64,000 nt of DNA from Tubiluchus corallicola (Eukaryota > Animalia > Priapulida): contig JAQGDQ010000005.1 of NCBI GenBank assembly GCA_030141605.1, positions 1,240,180 to 1,304,179 on the forward strand, in the 5' to 3' direction. The translations under genes and the position numbers were made by a program. Shown here piece after piece: positions 48,258-61,600 of the stretch. The notes below the pieces were generated by a model. It saw only the letters and a program-made list of their open reading frames with translations. It ran no database searches and was not told the origin of the DNA. Position 1 is the first letter of the stretch; every line of letters starts with the position of its first letter.

Positions 48258-51200
48258 TTTCCTTCTCTTGTCTTTTCCTTTTGCTATCTGCCATTTGCTC
48301 AGTCACTGACGGAACTTCTTTCAGCTTAACAAAATTACTAACATACTTATGACTAAGAATGCCTCCCATAAAGATTTAGAAAAAGAACAGTCCTAGCCTG
48401 TGGGAGCAGTTTTTTGTCAAGTGACTGTTTAGCCAAAATAATCTTACTTTTGAAATAACAGCTGCTTGTTACATTTATTAGTCAGAAGTTAGATCCAACA
48501 TGCTTTAGTTTAAACGTAATATAATGTTGTACAACATGATTCAAGTTTCCTCATGCAATAAGACAAAACAAAAACAACCCAAAAACATTGACATAACCTA
48601 AAAACTCAACATTGGCAAGCATTAATTACATGTGTAGGTCATAGTAATTTTTGGTCATTCTTTATGAACTTCTTCGAAGAAGAACAGTTGTTTGTATTTG
48701 TTATTTAGTGAGATTGAAAGTTTTTTGATAATAAATGAAAGAATCAAATAATAGTGCATAAACTATTTAAAATACTAGGCAGTGTAGTAAAAAAACTCTG
48801 CAAATAAACATTTTTAAGGTTAAAAGAAGCCAGACACTTTTCTGGCGACCTATTTAGAAAGTCTGCATTTTTTGCCAGACATCTGGTAATATGGTATAAA
48901 ATATAAAAGTTTAGTCAAAGTTTGTTGTTTGTTCTTCAGGTTGGACTAATGCTTATTCAAATGTTCAGTGTTTAGTTAACTTCAGAAAGTCATTTGTGAC
49001 ACTGTGACAGTTTGTTGGGCTTAAGGATGGCTACTGAGTTACTAGTACATTAGAAAAAACTAGAATACGCTTTCCGAAAACTTAACTCTGAAACCTTAAC
49101 TCTTAACTGATTTTAACTCTGGAACCAGATATAGAAAATAACAGTTAAGAAACAGCTTAAGAAATAGATGTGCAGACCCACTCACCTCTGCTTCAAGCAT
49201 AAAAATCAGAATGTGTGCTTATCTTAAAAGTAGGTGGCTATTTGAACAACAGCACAATATTCTGTTTGTCTTTTCATCCTCTTCATTTTTTATCGCACTT
49301 TAAAGGTTGTTCCTTTCTTCATACCATAGTTTCATAAGTACTGACAAAATGACAAAAAATTGTTTTAAACATAAAAGTAGGTCCTGTAATGTTAATGGGG
49401 GAACAGTATCGTTGCAAAGAACGTGGGAACAGTTTTCTGCATCGTTGCAAAGAATGGGTTAAACGAGCAACAAGTTTTCATTGCTTATACATTGAAATTG
49501 TGAAAAGCTGGGTAAGAGCTGATTTCTGAAATTTCAGACTCTCTAGTGTATTTTTTGTGTTTTGGTAAAACTCGGCAGAAATTAAAACAAAAGTCTATAA
49601 TTGTAATACAAAATTTCTGATATAAGATTTACAAGAAAACAAAACCACTGCTGAATGAGAGTGCAGAAAGCAGTAAATATTTTAAGTAAGTTTATAACGA
49701 CAATATCTTTTAATTTTATTTGTCCCTTCCACTAGTCTTTTCTCACGTGGTACAGTTCAACTGTTTGTTGTTTATCAGACAACATGAGTGTTGTGGGTCG
49801 TGTTTTGATAAGGTGTTTATCCCTGTGAAAGACGTCATGCGCACATATTGCCCCTCTGAATGCATTTATAGTACAATGGCTTCCATGTTGTTTATTTTTC
49901 CCCTGCTTCATCTGGATTTGTAGACTTTCGACCTAGCACAGGCAGTTCATAGAACTTTCCTAAATCTTTTGCGCATTACGCTTCCTAGGCGATCTACGAG
50001 TTCAGTTACACCTTAGTTCATCTGCTACTTAATTATTTTTAACTTGAATTTCATACTTTTGTGGTTTTTATTTTTTGTAATGTTCATAATTTAAAAAAAT
50101 CGATTTGTTGTTGGCTTGTGTAGCTTGTGACTACAAAAGCTTTATTTTTAACAAGATTTCACTAAGAAATAGATGGACAGCTGCTAGTCTAGCTTTCAGA
50201 TATTATGGCGTAAAAATGCAAGTTCCCTCCCAGAGCATCCCTGCCACATGTAAGCTTCAGTTGGTGATTATGCTATAAATAGAACGCAAAACTGGCTTCC
50301 TATGCAATAAATGTATATACATGTGTGTCCGATTTAATGCCGGGTGTGTTCGTCTCTGTTATTTCTGCACCTGAAAGTTTGTAAGACCCCAAGTCTGAAT
50401 GTTGCCCTGTTGAACAGGCTTTTCGCTTAGTTGGTTTATTTCCTTGTGGCTCAAAATAGCAACTGTAGCAAGAAGGAGCCCAGTTTCTGTTGATTTTAGC
50501 TTTTATTAGCTTTTAATAAGATAGCTACCAGTTGATGCTTGGCTAATAGTGCGAAAATAAAAAACTGTTGGTTTTTCTGTAGACCCCAAAAAAACAAATA
50601 ATTTTGTCAATGCAAAATTAGTACTCTAACAATTTTTCTGAGATATTTTACTCTGTGCTGATAAATTTTCATGAGGAGCAGTTTTAAAATGAAAAAATCG
50701 ACTCTTCCATCTATCCAGTTTGGCATGTAAATTGTATGAATAAGCCTGCATCAGTTGCGGTTTCCATATGGTTTTTTAGAAGAAAATAGTTCAGAATACA
50801 CAATAAGGAATAAGTTTCTCTTGCTGCAAAAGTGCTGCAACTTTTTTGCACAAAACAGCCTGTTGGGGCTTTATTTATTCCAGGCAGAATGACTTCTGAT
50901 AACCATCTGCATATCTTTTTGTGAGATTAATGAACATTCTTTAGTGCATCGGGCTCTTTGGGCTTGGCGCTTGCTGCGTGTCCCTGTTATTTTAAAGGCT
51001 CTAGTAAATTGCAGCCTTTGTTTACGTTGCACTGCATACCATAAAGCTTAAACCCTTTACCAGCTGCGTTTTAAAATTAGCAAGTAAATTGTAGTCTGTG
51101 CATCAAAACACTCGTTTAATTAAATACTCGTTATTATTTTTTTTAACTTCCTATATGATTATAGTGTAATGCTTTCAAGAGGACAGTATGTAAAAGAGAA

Positions 51201-54200
51201 AAGATACACACAAGCTAAGGGGAAAACAGTTTTGCCTTGTCTGCCACACACAACTGTAATTGTTAGGTCTTGTGTTTTAAATATAACCAGTGGTATATCA
51301 TGTAAATTCATAACATCTTTTTACACCATCTATCCCAGACTTGTATTTAGTTAAAACGATATCAGCCAAAATAGTAAATAAATTAATTCATAATGTTTAA
51401 AATGCAGGTAATGAGCTGTTTAATTTGCCTTTAGGGCATATTTATGTCTTATCTTTTAGTGAATTATTTAGTGTACTAGACTGGCTTTTGAACTTGTTCC
51501 TACATTCTATAAATGGACTGTTTTTGTTTTGTTTAAGGAGCAAAAGTACATGCCAGACAGTGCAGTCCAGCAACCACCTTATAGCTGGTATCGTAGACAA
51601 GAGCCAGCAGTGCCTTTAAGTGCATATGAACAACGAGCACCTCAGAGTAAGCCGTATCTCCCAGAGAATAAAGTATTGCCATCGACACAGGTATATGCAC
51701 CTGATGCAAGAGCACAGTCTGCACCTACTTACGAACAGATGGCAGCACAGGTCCGACGTGCTTCCGCCGGTTCACACCCCGAAGTTCGTTATGTCCCTCC
51801 TCATCAAGGTAAGTGTTATAATATAAAAATTATGATTAATACTCATGAAACTGTAGCCATATTTATGTAACTTTAAGTTTTAGACAATACACTGTGGCTA
51901 TGGCTAAGTAAAACGTCGTTGTCATTGTTATGGTAGGTATATTGTGCCTCTTTGCATTAATAATGTTTAGGTATTATCTGATAAGTGATCTGAAATGCTT
52001 TGCTTTGCTTTTCTATTTTTTTGCAATTCTATTGCTTTGCTTTTATTTTAGTTTGGTTACTGCAAACAATCCCTACTGAGTTACACATTAAAATATTGGA
52101 CATGACAAGTACTGTACTCTTCAATAGCCAATAAGTTGTAGTATTAAACATTTGTTGACATGCCTCTTATGTCATCACTGAATCCATAATTTATTCTATT
52201 TGTGGTCGTAACGGCGAAGCAATTAATTATTCGGTATTACTTGCAATGACTCATCTGATGATATTAGTGCCGATAAGCCGAAATGGAATGAATACACTTA
52301 GAATGCAATAAAAAACAAGATGCTGTTGGTTGCTGTAGTCGTGCCTATTTTTCTATCCATGCTGATTTTTTGAAAAGTTCAACTATTTATTGATGAACAA
52401 TTGCTGCTATGTTTTTGTTTTTACTATTTGTCTGTCTTTTACATACATTAGTAATGAAAGTACACTGATTTAAAGAGAATTATACAGTCTGAAATCTATT
52501 AGGCTAAATATTATGAGTAGTTGTTGTAATAAGTGTGTGTATTTATGAGCCATAAGTTGAATGTTAATAAACATATTTGTATGCTATGTTTGAATTTCAG
52601 TATTAAAAAAGGGTAAAAAATTTTACCTTGGTAACAACTGATGCATCACTGATGTTTTTTTATCATTTGGCAAATTAATTTTTTTGATCAACTGCCACTG
52701 AGTGGCAGTAACACAACCTCTTTTGTCCTTTTACAGTGTTATTGTGTTTGTAGACAAAACATGAATGAAAAAACAATTTCATTTTTTAAATTTACAAATT
52801 TACTCACTTTTTCTTATTCCTCCACATTGTGTTACTAATGGCCCAAACTTTGACATTTGCATTGTAAATATATTGTAGCTGCAACTATTTGAGTCAGTTG
52901 AGTCAGAATGTTCCAGTTATTAAAATGACATTATGACAATTACTTTCATTCCTAAACAAGGTGTAATACTACTGTAAAATATACAACATTATGTAGGTAC
53001 ATATATTTTTATTTTTTACATTTATTACATACTGCAATAACAATACAGCATAGCACACCAAAATCTGTTAACAAACCTGTTGATAAAACAAAACTATTAT
53101 GTACTGGAAGTGCCAAGCTTTTGAGGTGCTCATCAAGTAAGTTCTTGTTAAGAGCAGCTTATATAAGGTTGTGGATTAAGAAAAACAAAAAAGGAGGAAT
53201 AAAGAATCAGAGAACAAAAGTTAAAAGAAGGAGAGAAAAAAGAAATGTGTGATGGTAACTGTATGAAGTGACACCAGCTTTACAGATTGTCATAGCCAGC
53301 AGGGTTATGGATTCCAACAGATGCTAACGATTTAGTAAAATTGATTTAAATTATATAAGAAGAGTAAATTTCATGTTTAAAATTTCTTTTGAATGTGTTT
53401 ATAGACGTAGAAATTTCTATATATTCATTGACATTGTCTCAAAGTCTAGGACCAATGTTAGTGATGAAATGCTTTGCCACACCAGTCCTGCAGTACTTAA
53501 TAAGAAATTCATTAGATCTTGGTATGTAACGCCTTACGTTAATACATACTGTGGGTTTAAAAAGGAAACGGGAAGCAGTTTATATTTAGTTTTACACATG
53601 TAAGTAGCAGTGTTCAAATTAATTAGACCATCTAGTACTAAAATAAAGTAATTCTTAAGCAGATTAAGACCAACATGGACATAGTTATTCAAGTTAGCCA
53701 ACAGTCTTATAAATCTGCATTGCAAATGTTTAATTTGTATAGAGATGTAGGGTAGGTGTGTCCCCAAGTACAAATATATTACAGTAGGTTAAGCAGTACT
53801 AGACAATTGTAAATTGTGATTACCGTATTTTCCCGTGTATAAGAGACCCTTGTGTATAAGAGACCCCTTCAATTTTTAGGCAAAAATTCTGGAAAAAAGT
53901 TTTTTCAGACGGACATTTTTAGAGGGTAGAGTACAACTTTTTTCAACTCAGTGCGGTACTGAAAACAAAATAAAACCAGTTAATGTGTTGTAGAAAAAGA
54001 GTACTGGTATATATTAAAGTGCGTACCTGCAAACCTGTAACAGGAAAAGAGAAAACGAGGAGATAATGCCTGTGTCACGATGCTTGTATTGCTTACAACC
54101 GCTTCATAGTCGAACGCGACATGCAAAACAGTTGTAGAGCACTTATTTCTTTAAAATCATTAGTGTCACAATTTATGCATCTTATTGAAAAGACTTACTC

Positions 54201-57200
54201 CCATGTATAAGAGACCCCTGATTTTTAAAGTGAAAATTCTGAGCAAAAAAGGGTCTCTTATACACGGGAAAATACGGTAGATGTTTTATCTTCTTTACAG
54301 TATTTATTATTTAATTTGGAGCAGTTTTCTTAAAAGGAACCGTAGTTTATGTTAAAATGGCGAAATTTTCTGATAGCATTTCCAGAAAAGAAAATTTGTT
54401 CTTTGTGTGTTTTGTTTCTGTTATAACTTGATTGCTATCTTTTGTTGAATAAATATAATTGAACAACAGACATAGAAAACTGCAGCTGGAAATTTATTTC
54501 CTCAATTTTTTAATGCTTCATATTTTTTTACAGTGTCAGATCAGTATGCTCCTCATGTAGATATGATTGGCGATGACATGGCAGTGCGGAATCTACGCAG
54601 GGAATTATGGGGACCTTCCATAATGTCTGCTCGTCCTCAGTCAACTGGGTACTTGCTACGTGATGAGAATGTCGACCCCATGTCTAGTAGTGCTTATTGC
54701 AAAACTGATGATGACCTACCAGTAAGAAAGCAAAATAAAAAACGTGTGGTTCGACGCTCCTTATCAGGTAACATTGCAGATTTGGTTAAGCAGTTTTCCA
54801 AATCAGATTCTGAAGCCAAAGATGATGCAAATTACCTCAAGGTGAACAGACCACTAGAAGAGCCGAAGAGCCCGCAGACAAAAACCCGTACTCCACGAAG
54901 TGTTAAGCAAAAAAGCGAACAGAAACGTCAGGGAAGATTTGACAATGATTCTGAGTATCGCTACCCCAGTTCTGACGTTCCTCGAGGAGATTATGACAAT
55001 CTGCCTGGCCCTGAGCCAGGTTGGCGCTCTGCCCCTACCAGTCCTTCTCCTGGTGTAATACATGCACCTGTGTTTTCTAAAGTTATAGCTCCTGAACACG
55101 GGCTTGTAGTTGACAAATCATCATATGCACCTGAACAGCGGTTTCATTCACCAGTTTATGCTAGATCTTCAAATGTTGTAGAACGGAAACCAGTTTATGG
55201 ACGAGTTCAAGGATCTAGTGTGCAACAACCGGTGATAGTCACGGAGCCTACGCCCACGCCGCCTCCAAGACTTAAGCTGGACATGCGACGGGCAGCCTTA
55301 ATGCACGAACCACCTACTGTCACAAGCCCAAGAGGCTCTCCAATGTCTGATAAGGAACTAGATGATTTGCTAAGTAATTTGAATCAACAGACAGAGGAAC
55401 TTGAAGCTGCGGAAGCTGCCATTCTTGTTTCAGAGACAGTTCCTGCATTACCTTCTAGCAGATTAAAAGTACTTCCCGTGACAGGTCACGAAGGTAAGAG
55501 CTATACTCTTTGCTCTTTTCGTTATTTTATGAATTTTACTACATTGGCCACTTGGGTTCATTAACTTAGTCAGTAAGTTTGATAATGGTTTAAACATAGC
55601 AGCAACATTGAGTTACTATTTTTCCTTTGAATGTGCCATTTCTACAAATGTAATAAATTTAGCTAAGTTTAATTAATATGATAGCATATTTAACTCTCAT
55701 TAAATGTGTTGTTAAATGTGAGTTGGTTTAAAACCGCTTTTATAGATTGTTTGCTAGTTAGAATGAGGCAAAAGTGAAACGGCAACAGCATTTTTGTATT
55801 CTAAATTTTATTTGGTACATGTTTTTGTCTTTGGGTTTTTCTGTTAAGTTTTTGTCTGCACTTTGTCAAAGTTTGTCCAGCAATAAATTGTTTGTTCAGA
55901 TGCCAAGCTGTTGTTTAATCTCTGTTTGAGCTGTTCACTTTAACTGCTTCCCCCATCTGGTGGTGATTGTTGCAAGCAATGATGATACATCACAAAACAT
56001 ATGCAAAACAGATTTGATGCTTTTTTCTAGACTTTAGATCTTTGTTGCTGTTTTCAATTTTTGGGCTTCAAGGATGTGGAGAAATAGTATATTTCATATA
56101 TTCATGATTTTTTTCAATGTTATGAGAAACCGGTAATATTCTTTTGCCGAAAATTGTAGTAGATCCCCAGTTTTTAGTTATATGATAAGTGCTGGGACTA
56201 CAAAGAGTTAATATAGATAGGTCCATTTGTTCATTCTTGGTTCATACGTAAATTTCTTGCTCATAAGTTTCCAGCAACATCGGTTTTACAATAGGCTAAG
56301 AAAAGTTGATACTCAGCCATTAGAAAATGTTGAAATTTTGCAACTGTCAAAGTGTAGAAAAAAAGCAACCTAAATCTTTTTGAAGGGAGTTCAAATATGC
56401 TACTGTACTGTACCTATATGGCTTGAAGGACTACAAGTAGTGATGCATATCTAAAACTTTTTGTGAATTTTGGATTACTGCATCTAGGAATTATGTGAAA
56501 AGCGCATCAAGGTAAAGGCATTGGTAAGATTAATTTTTTACCTTTTAAAAAGAGTAAGCATTTGTAATGCAATATTTAGGTTAACTTTGAAGAGGCTACA
56601 TTTTGGATGCTGCATTTGAGGTTGGTAGACTGTGAGATAACTCACTGAGATAACTTGAAAAGTTCTAGTGGCCTTGTTACGTAATAACTGAGAATGGTTT
56701 GATTACTCAGTGATAATGACGAATTCCAGAATCTTGTCTGCAGCTTCATTTAGACTTTTTTTGTCTGTGTTACTGGAGTTGCACCCATACCAATATGTGA
56801 ATTGCCATGTGCATTCCTTTAACTTATAGACTGATTGGTTGGTATTGCAAGTCTTTTCCTCATCTTGGCTTAATTGGGAAGGCTGGCATGGTTTCCCTTC
56901 CTCAAATTTATGCAATATTTATTTGGGAGTAGTTTTGTTGTATTATGAGAGGAGCAGTGTTTATTTTAGACTACTGTACAGTGATGGTTTTCTGGCAGTT
57001 ATTGGTTTGTGACTAACAGGAGTACGAAATGCGTTTTTTGTTAGATGCTTGTATTTTTTCCGGCTAGTGTAAACTTTGAAAGAAGTTGGAAATCAGCAGA
57101 GCAAACTGGAAGCAGAAAAACAGGAAGAGTGGGTTCAAATTAAATTAAATGGGATATGCCTTTCTTCGCTTATATAAAGCATTTGGGAAACCATCAATTG

Positions 57201-58556
57201 ATGCTTGTTTGTGTGCACTTTGACGTGAGCTTAAATTGAGAGGGCTAAGCTTGTTTGTGTAACAAAGTGACATTGTAGTTTCTCTTCGAGTCTAAATGTA
57301 TAGCAGACATCAGTGGGAGGAACTCGCGGAGAAGGACAGGCTGCATTCACTGGAGCATACTCCCAGAAATACAGTGGATTTTGTCACGGAAGTTCGCAAG
57401 TTAGCTGGCTTGGGTTGGTCATCAGGGGTAACAGAAGTGGTTGCCAACCTCTTTAGGGATAAATGTGCGTTTGCAATTTTGATATGATCAAGCTAATCAG
57501 CATACACTTCCGCATCCTTCACATTTTGTTTTATGTCAGTGCAATTTATGTTTATCTCTAACATTTTCTTATAATATATTACTAGTTTTTCGTCAAAGTG
57601 TTTTTTTATTTCTGTTTTCCGGACTAGACAGATTTTTTTGCCTGTGATATTTTTACGTATTCCTTTGCTTAAATCACTATTATAAAATATCATGACTAAA
57701 GTTAGTTAATATTAGTTACTAATGTAACATAAGTATTTCTTACTTTTTTTAATTGCAGCAATATTCTGAAAAGACCCAAAATATGAAATAAGTTCAATGT
57801 GTACCAATTGTCCAGCATTGTTTAAGTTCAATGATTTAAAAAACTGTGATCTGCTAATTAGTATGCCGCTATATGATTAGCATGTTTGCAAAAATTCTTA
57901 TACATGCATAACAATTTGCTGACTTATCGTTGTAAATCTCATTGTCATTTTACTTTGTACAGTGTTTAACTAACTTTTGTAACTAATCTTTTAGGTATCA
58001 ATTTTTCTAACTATTACTTATTTATGCAATGGAAGCTTTGATGAAAGCCATTTTGTTAAATTAAAGCATCACCTGCAATGAGTGTGTTCACACATTGAAA
58101 TTTGTTTAATTTTTACATGAACTGTAACTTTTGCATTTCATTGACACACCAATTGGGGAGAGACAGCTTGCCTGACACATCAGTCTAAAAATAATTCCTC
58201 AGCAGTGCATGGAGTGTTACAACATTCTACAGTAGTGAGATTATATAAACAGAAACACTTGCCTGGCTTCTTTGGGGCTTGTTAGTTAGGGAAGCTGGTT
58301 GGGCACGATTGGATAATACTAATCAGTTTTATTAGCTTGCTTGCAAGAAAACCCTCATACAGCATCACTTATGTGACTCTAAGGTTATTTAGAAAAAACT
58401 TAGAAGTGCTAACCTCAGTTACACACATTTAGGAAAGTGCAATAACATGCAAAAAGGCATTTTCAGGCAAGTAATAACAAACAGCGGAGTTATCTATTAG
58501 CTACCAACAAGAATTGGTAAACATGTTATTGTGAAGATATTATACACACGTGTAGC

Positions 58557-58619
<63 letters not shown>

Positions 58620-61600
58620 TTCTCAAATTATTATTATAATCATAATCATAATAATAATAATAATCATAATCATAATAATAATAATAATTGTATAATAATA
58701 TATTATGAGCATATATATGTATGTGTGTGTCAATGTTTGAAGGTGGCTTAAAATTGAAATCAAAATTTTTTAACCGCAGCACACAGTTTTAGAATAAATT
58801 TCTCAATTTTTTTACAATTTTTTTGGTGGTCATTATAATGCATTGAAACAATCCACTAAGTAAAAAATTTTTTTTAGCTTTTAAATTTATATCTAAGCAG
58901 CTCATTCTGCATATAAAATTGATATCTAGTCAGCCATTACTGACTCATTGTACGATATTACAAGATAAAATTAAGTAACTGAGGCCTGCTGGATACGTGT
59001 CTCCATGTTTCGCGTAACATATTTTAAGGATTATTCTATTTGCCAGGTGCACAAATTGAGTCACAAAACATCCTGGCTTTACCAAAACACGACAGCAGTA
59101 TTGCCTTGTGCTTGAGTACCTGGTCACAAAGGCATCATCCAGGTGTAAGATACATATTAACAATGTTAGACTGGTATTATTATTGATAAGACTTGCAACA
59201 AAGAACTTTGCAGCAGTATTTCTGTATTCCTTTTCATTAATCAGTTTGTTTTCTTCATTGCAGGTAGAAGAACACAGCAGCAACAGCCGCAAGGGGATCA
59301 AATCCAGCATGGTTGTTCTTCAACAGGTAAGCTCGAAAACATTTTGAGTTTCTGTGACACTGCACACCTGGGTTGGAATTATGTTGATATAAAATATCAC
59401 AGAAAACTAATTTTATGACAAAATGAAATTTGGTATTTTTAAACAAACTAAAAATTTGGAAGTATACTTGTTACAGCAATATGATGTACCTTGTGTTTGT
59501 GACTATCAAGATTAGATGTTCACTGAATAGAAGCTTACATTATGAAAGAAGATTTTGTAGACATTTTAGAACCTTGTATGTTTAACAACGATAAAGATAG
59601 ATGTCTTACAAGGTGAAATAACTATAAATAATAGGTACCTAAATTGAATTTTTAACACCTATCATTTTGTTGTTGCAACTTGTTGATGATATCGGATAAG
59701 AAATAATATTGAAAGATTTCAATAAAATTGCATTTATTAGGTATTTACTCACCTCTTAAGCTGTGTATCTTTATTACTTTGTTTTTGAGAGAAAGGATTT
59801 TAGATGCAATTGATAGCTCAGTTACCAGTGAACTTTTAGTGCATTGGGTCTATCAGTAGCTATTTGCAATCAGTTGCATTTCCTGGGTAGTAGATGAAGG
59901 AATGTGTTGTTAAGAGAAGGTGCAAATGATGTTATTTTATGTTTTAAAAACTTACTAGATGTGATTTGATGTACATGGATTGCCTTTTTCCTTTTATAAT
60001 TATTGTGGCAATTATGAGCGTTTTTAATTAAAGTAACAAACTGATGAAAGATGTCTCAGTTTTGTTAACATCCAATGGCTGTATTAGCTTGATAAATAAT
60101 TATTCTCAATGCATGATAATGATTATAAATAAAAAATGACATCATAGTTAATGCAAAAAAAGACAGTGACTTAAACTAGAAAAAAGTGTTCATGTTTTAA
60201 TTCATAACCGGGATTCCCGGTACAAGGGTGACAGGTGTGTGCTAGGCATTTTTGTTTTCAAATATGTTCTTTGACAGAGAAAATTCACTTTTTCTTTAAA
60301 AGGCTAACTCATAGGGAAACACGTCATGATTTTTTTAGATGCGAGACCATCGTTTCTTCAAAGCGTGCTCGGTGGAAATAAATCACCATCACCATCTTTT
60401 GGTGGGAAGAGAGAGACAGTTGAGGATGTGCTTGCAAGGTATCCTGTACACAGTGCAACACTTTCTGCCTATACTGAACCACCAACCACTGAATTTGCTC
60501 CTGTGACAAGGTATGCTGTAATTCGTTAATCATAAGAAAACAAAACAGTTTAGAATCTTCCTTCGATTTAGTTTTCAGCTGATGGTGTAGTAGCACTACT
60601 TATTGATTTGTATTGATGCACCACTGGATTGAAGTAGATTTAAACTACCTCATAAAGCATCACATTATGAAGAGATTCTACAAAGTCACTGTTTAGTTGC
60701 AGGTGACATGTACTAAAACGATAATGCTTGAAGTTTTAATGTTTGTAATTTGAGCAATTAGTAAACTTTTAATTTAGCTTACATTAACACCATTTTATAG
60801 TTTTATTTAGTATTTCATTAAATCATTTTTGTTTTCAACAATTATGTATAACTGTTAACTAGTTATTTATTTATGGGATCAATGGAAATGGTAACTCCAC
60901 CTAGGGTAAACCCCTAAAACGGTACAAAAACTACTGACACAATTGTTACTGTATTGTAAAAAATTACCCTGGTTTCCATAATTTAGATTTTACCCAACTA
61001 AACCTGATGCTAAACGACAGCATAAGTATGGAGCTGCCAGATCTAAAACCACAGACATCTCCAGCTTGTCTGGCATCCAACCAGAGTATGACGACGGATC
61101 AACAATTAAAGCCACTGCTGGAAAATTTGAGCAGATTATAGCCAGCCATGAAGATGGAGATAAGCGAAGACCAGTATGGGCTAAAGATGCATACAGGTAG
61201 TTGATAGTTACCTTGTTTTGCCTGTACTAGAAATTGTCATTAATTTGCTAGAATACTGCTGTTTTTTTAACTTTATCAGTATAAATCTATTTCTATAAAA
61301 TTATTTTTTATAGGCAAAAAGGTGTCCGAGAGAGAGTAGAACGAGCTCGAGAAGCATTTGGATCTGACAGCGACAAACAAAGCAGCTTGCATCCAGAGAC
61401 CAAGGCAGAACGCATGGCTCGCTTCAAAGAAGAGAGGCGAAAGCAACTAACTGCTCGGTATAATGTTACCTGTATTACTTTGGAAATTTTGTATTAAATT
61501 CCAGTATCCGTGGCCAATTCTTAGTTCAAATTTTTGCAGTCGGCTTAATAACATCATATGTACTCATGATGATTTTTTAGTTTCTTCTAACATTACATCT

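Noticed and set aside
48001-48369. ORF with ER repeats
   Set aside because: Translation artefact of the (CT)n microsatellite
58540-58782. Poly-tyrosine ORF
   Set aside because: Translation artefact of the (AAT)n microsatellite
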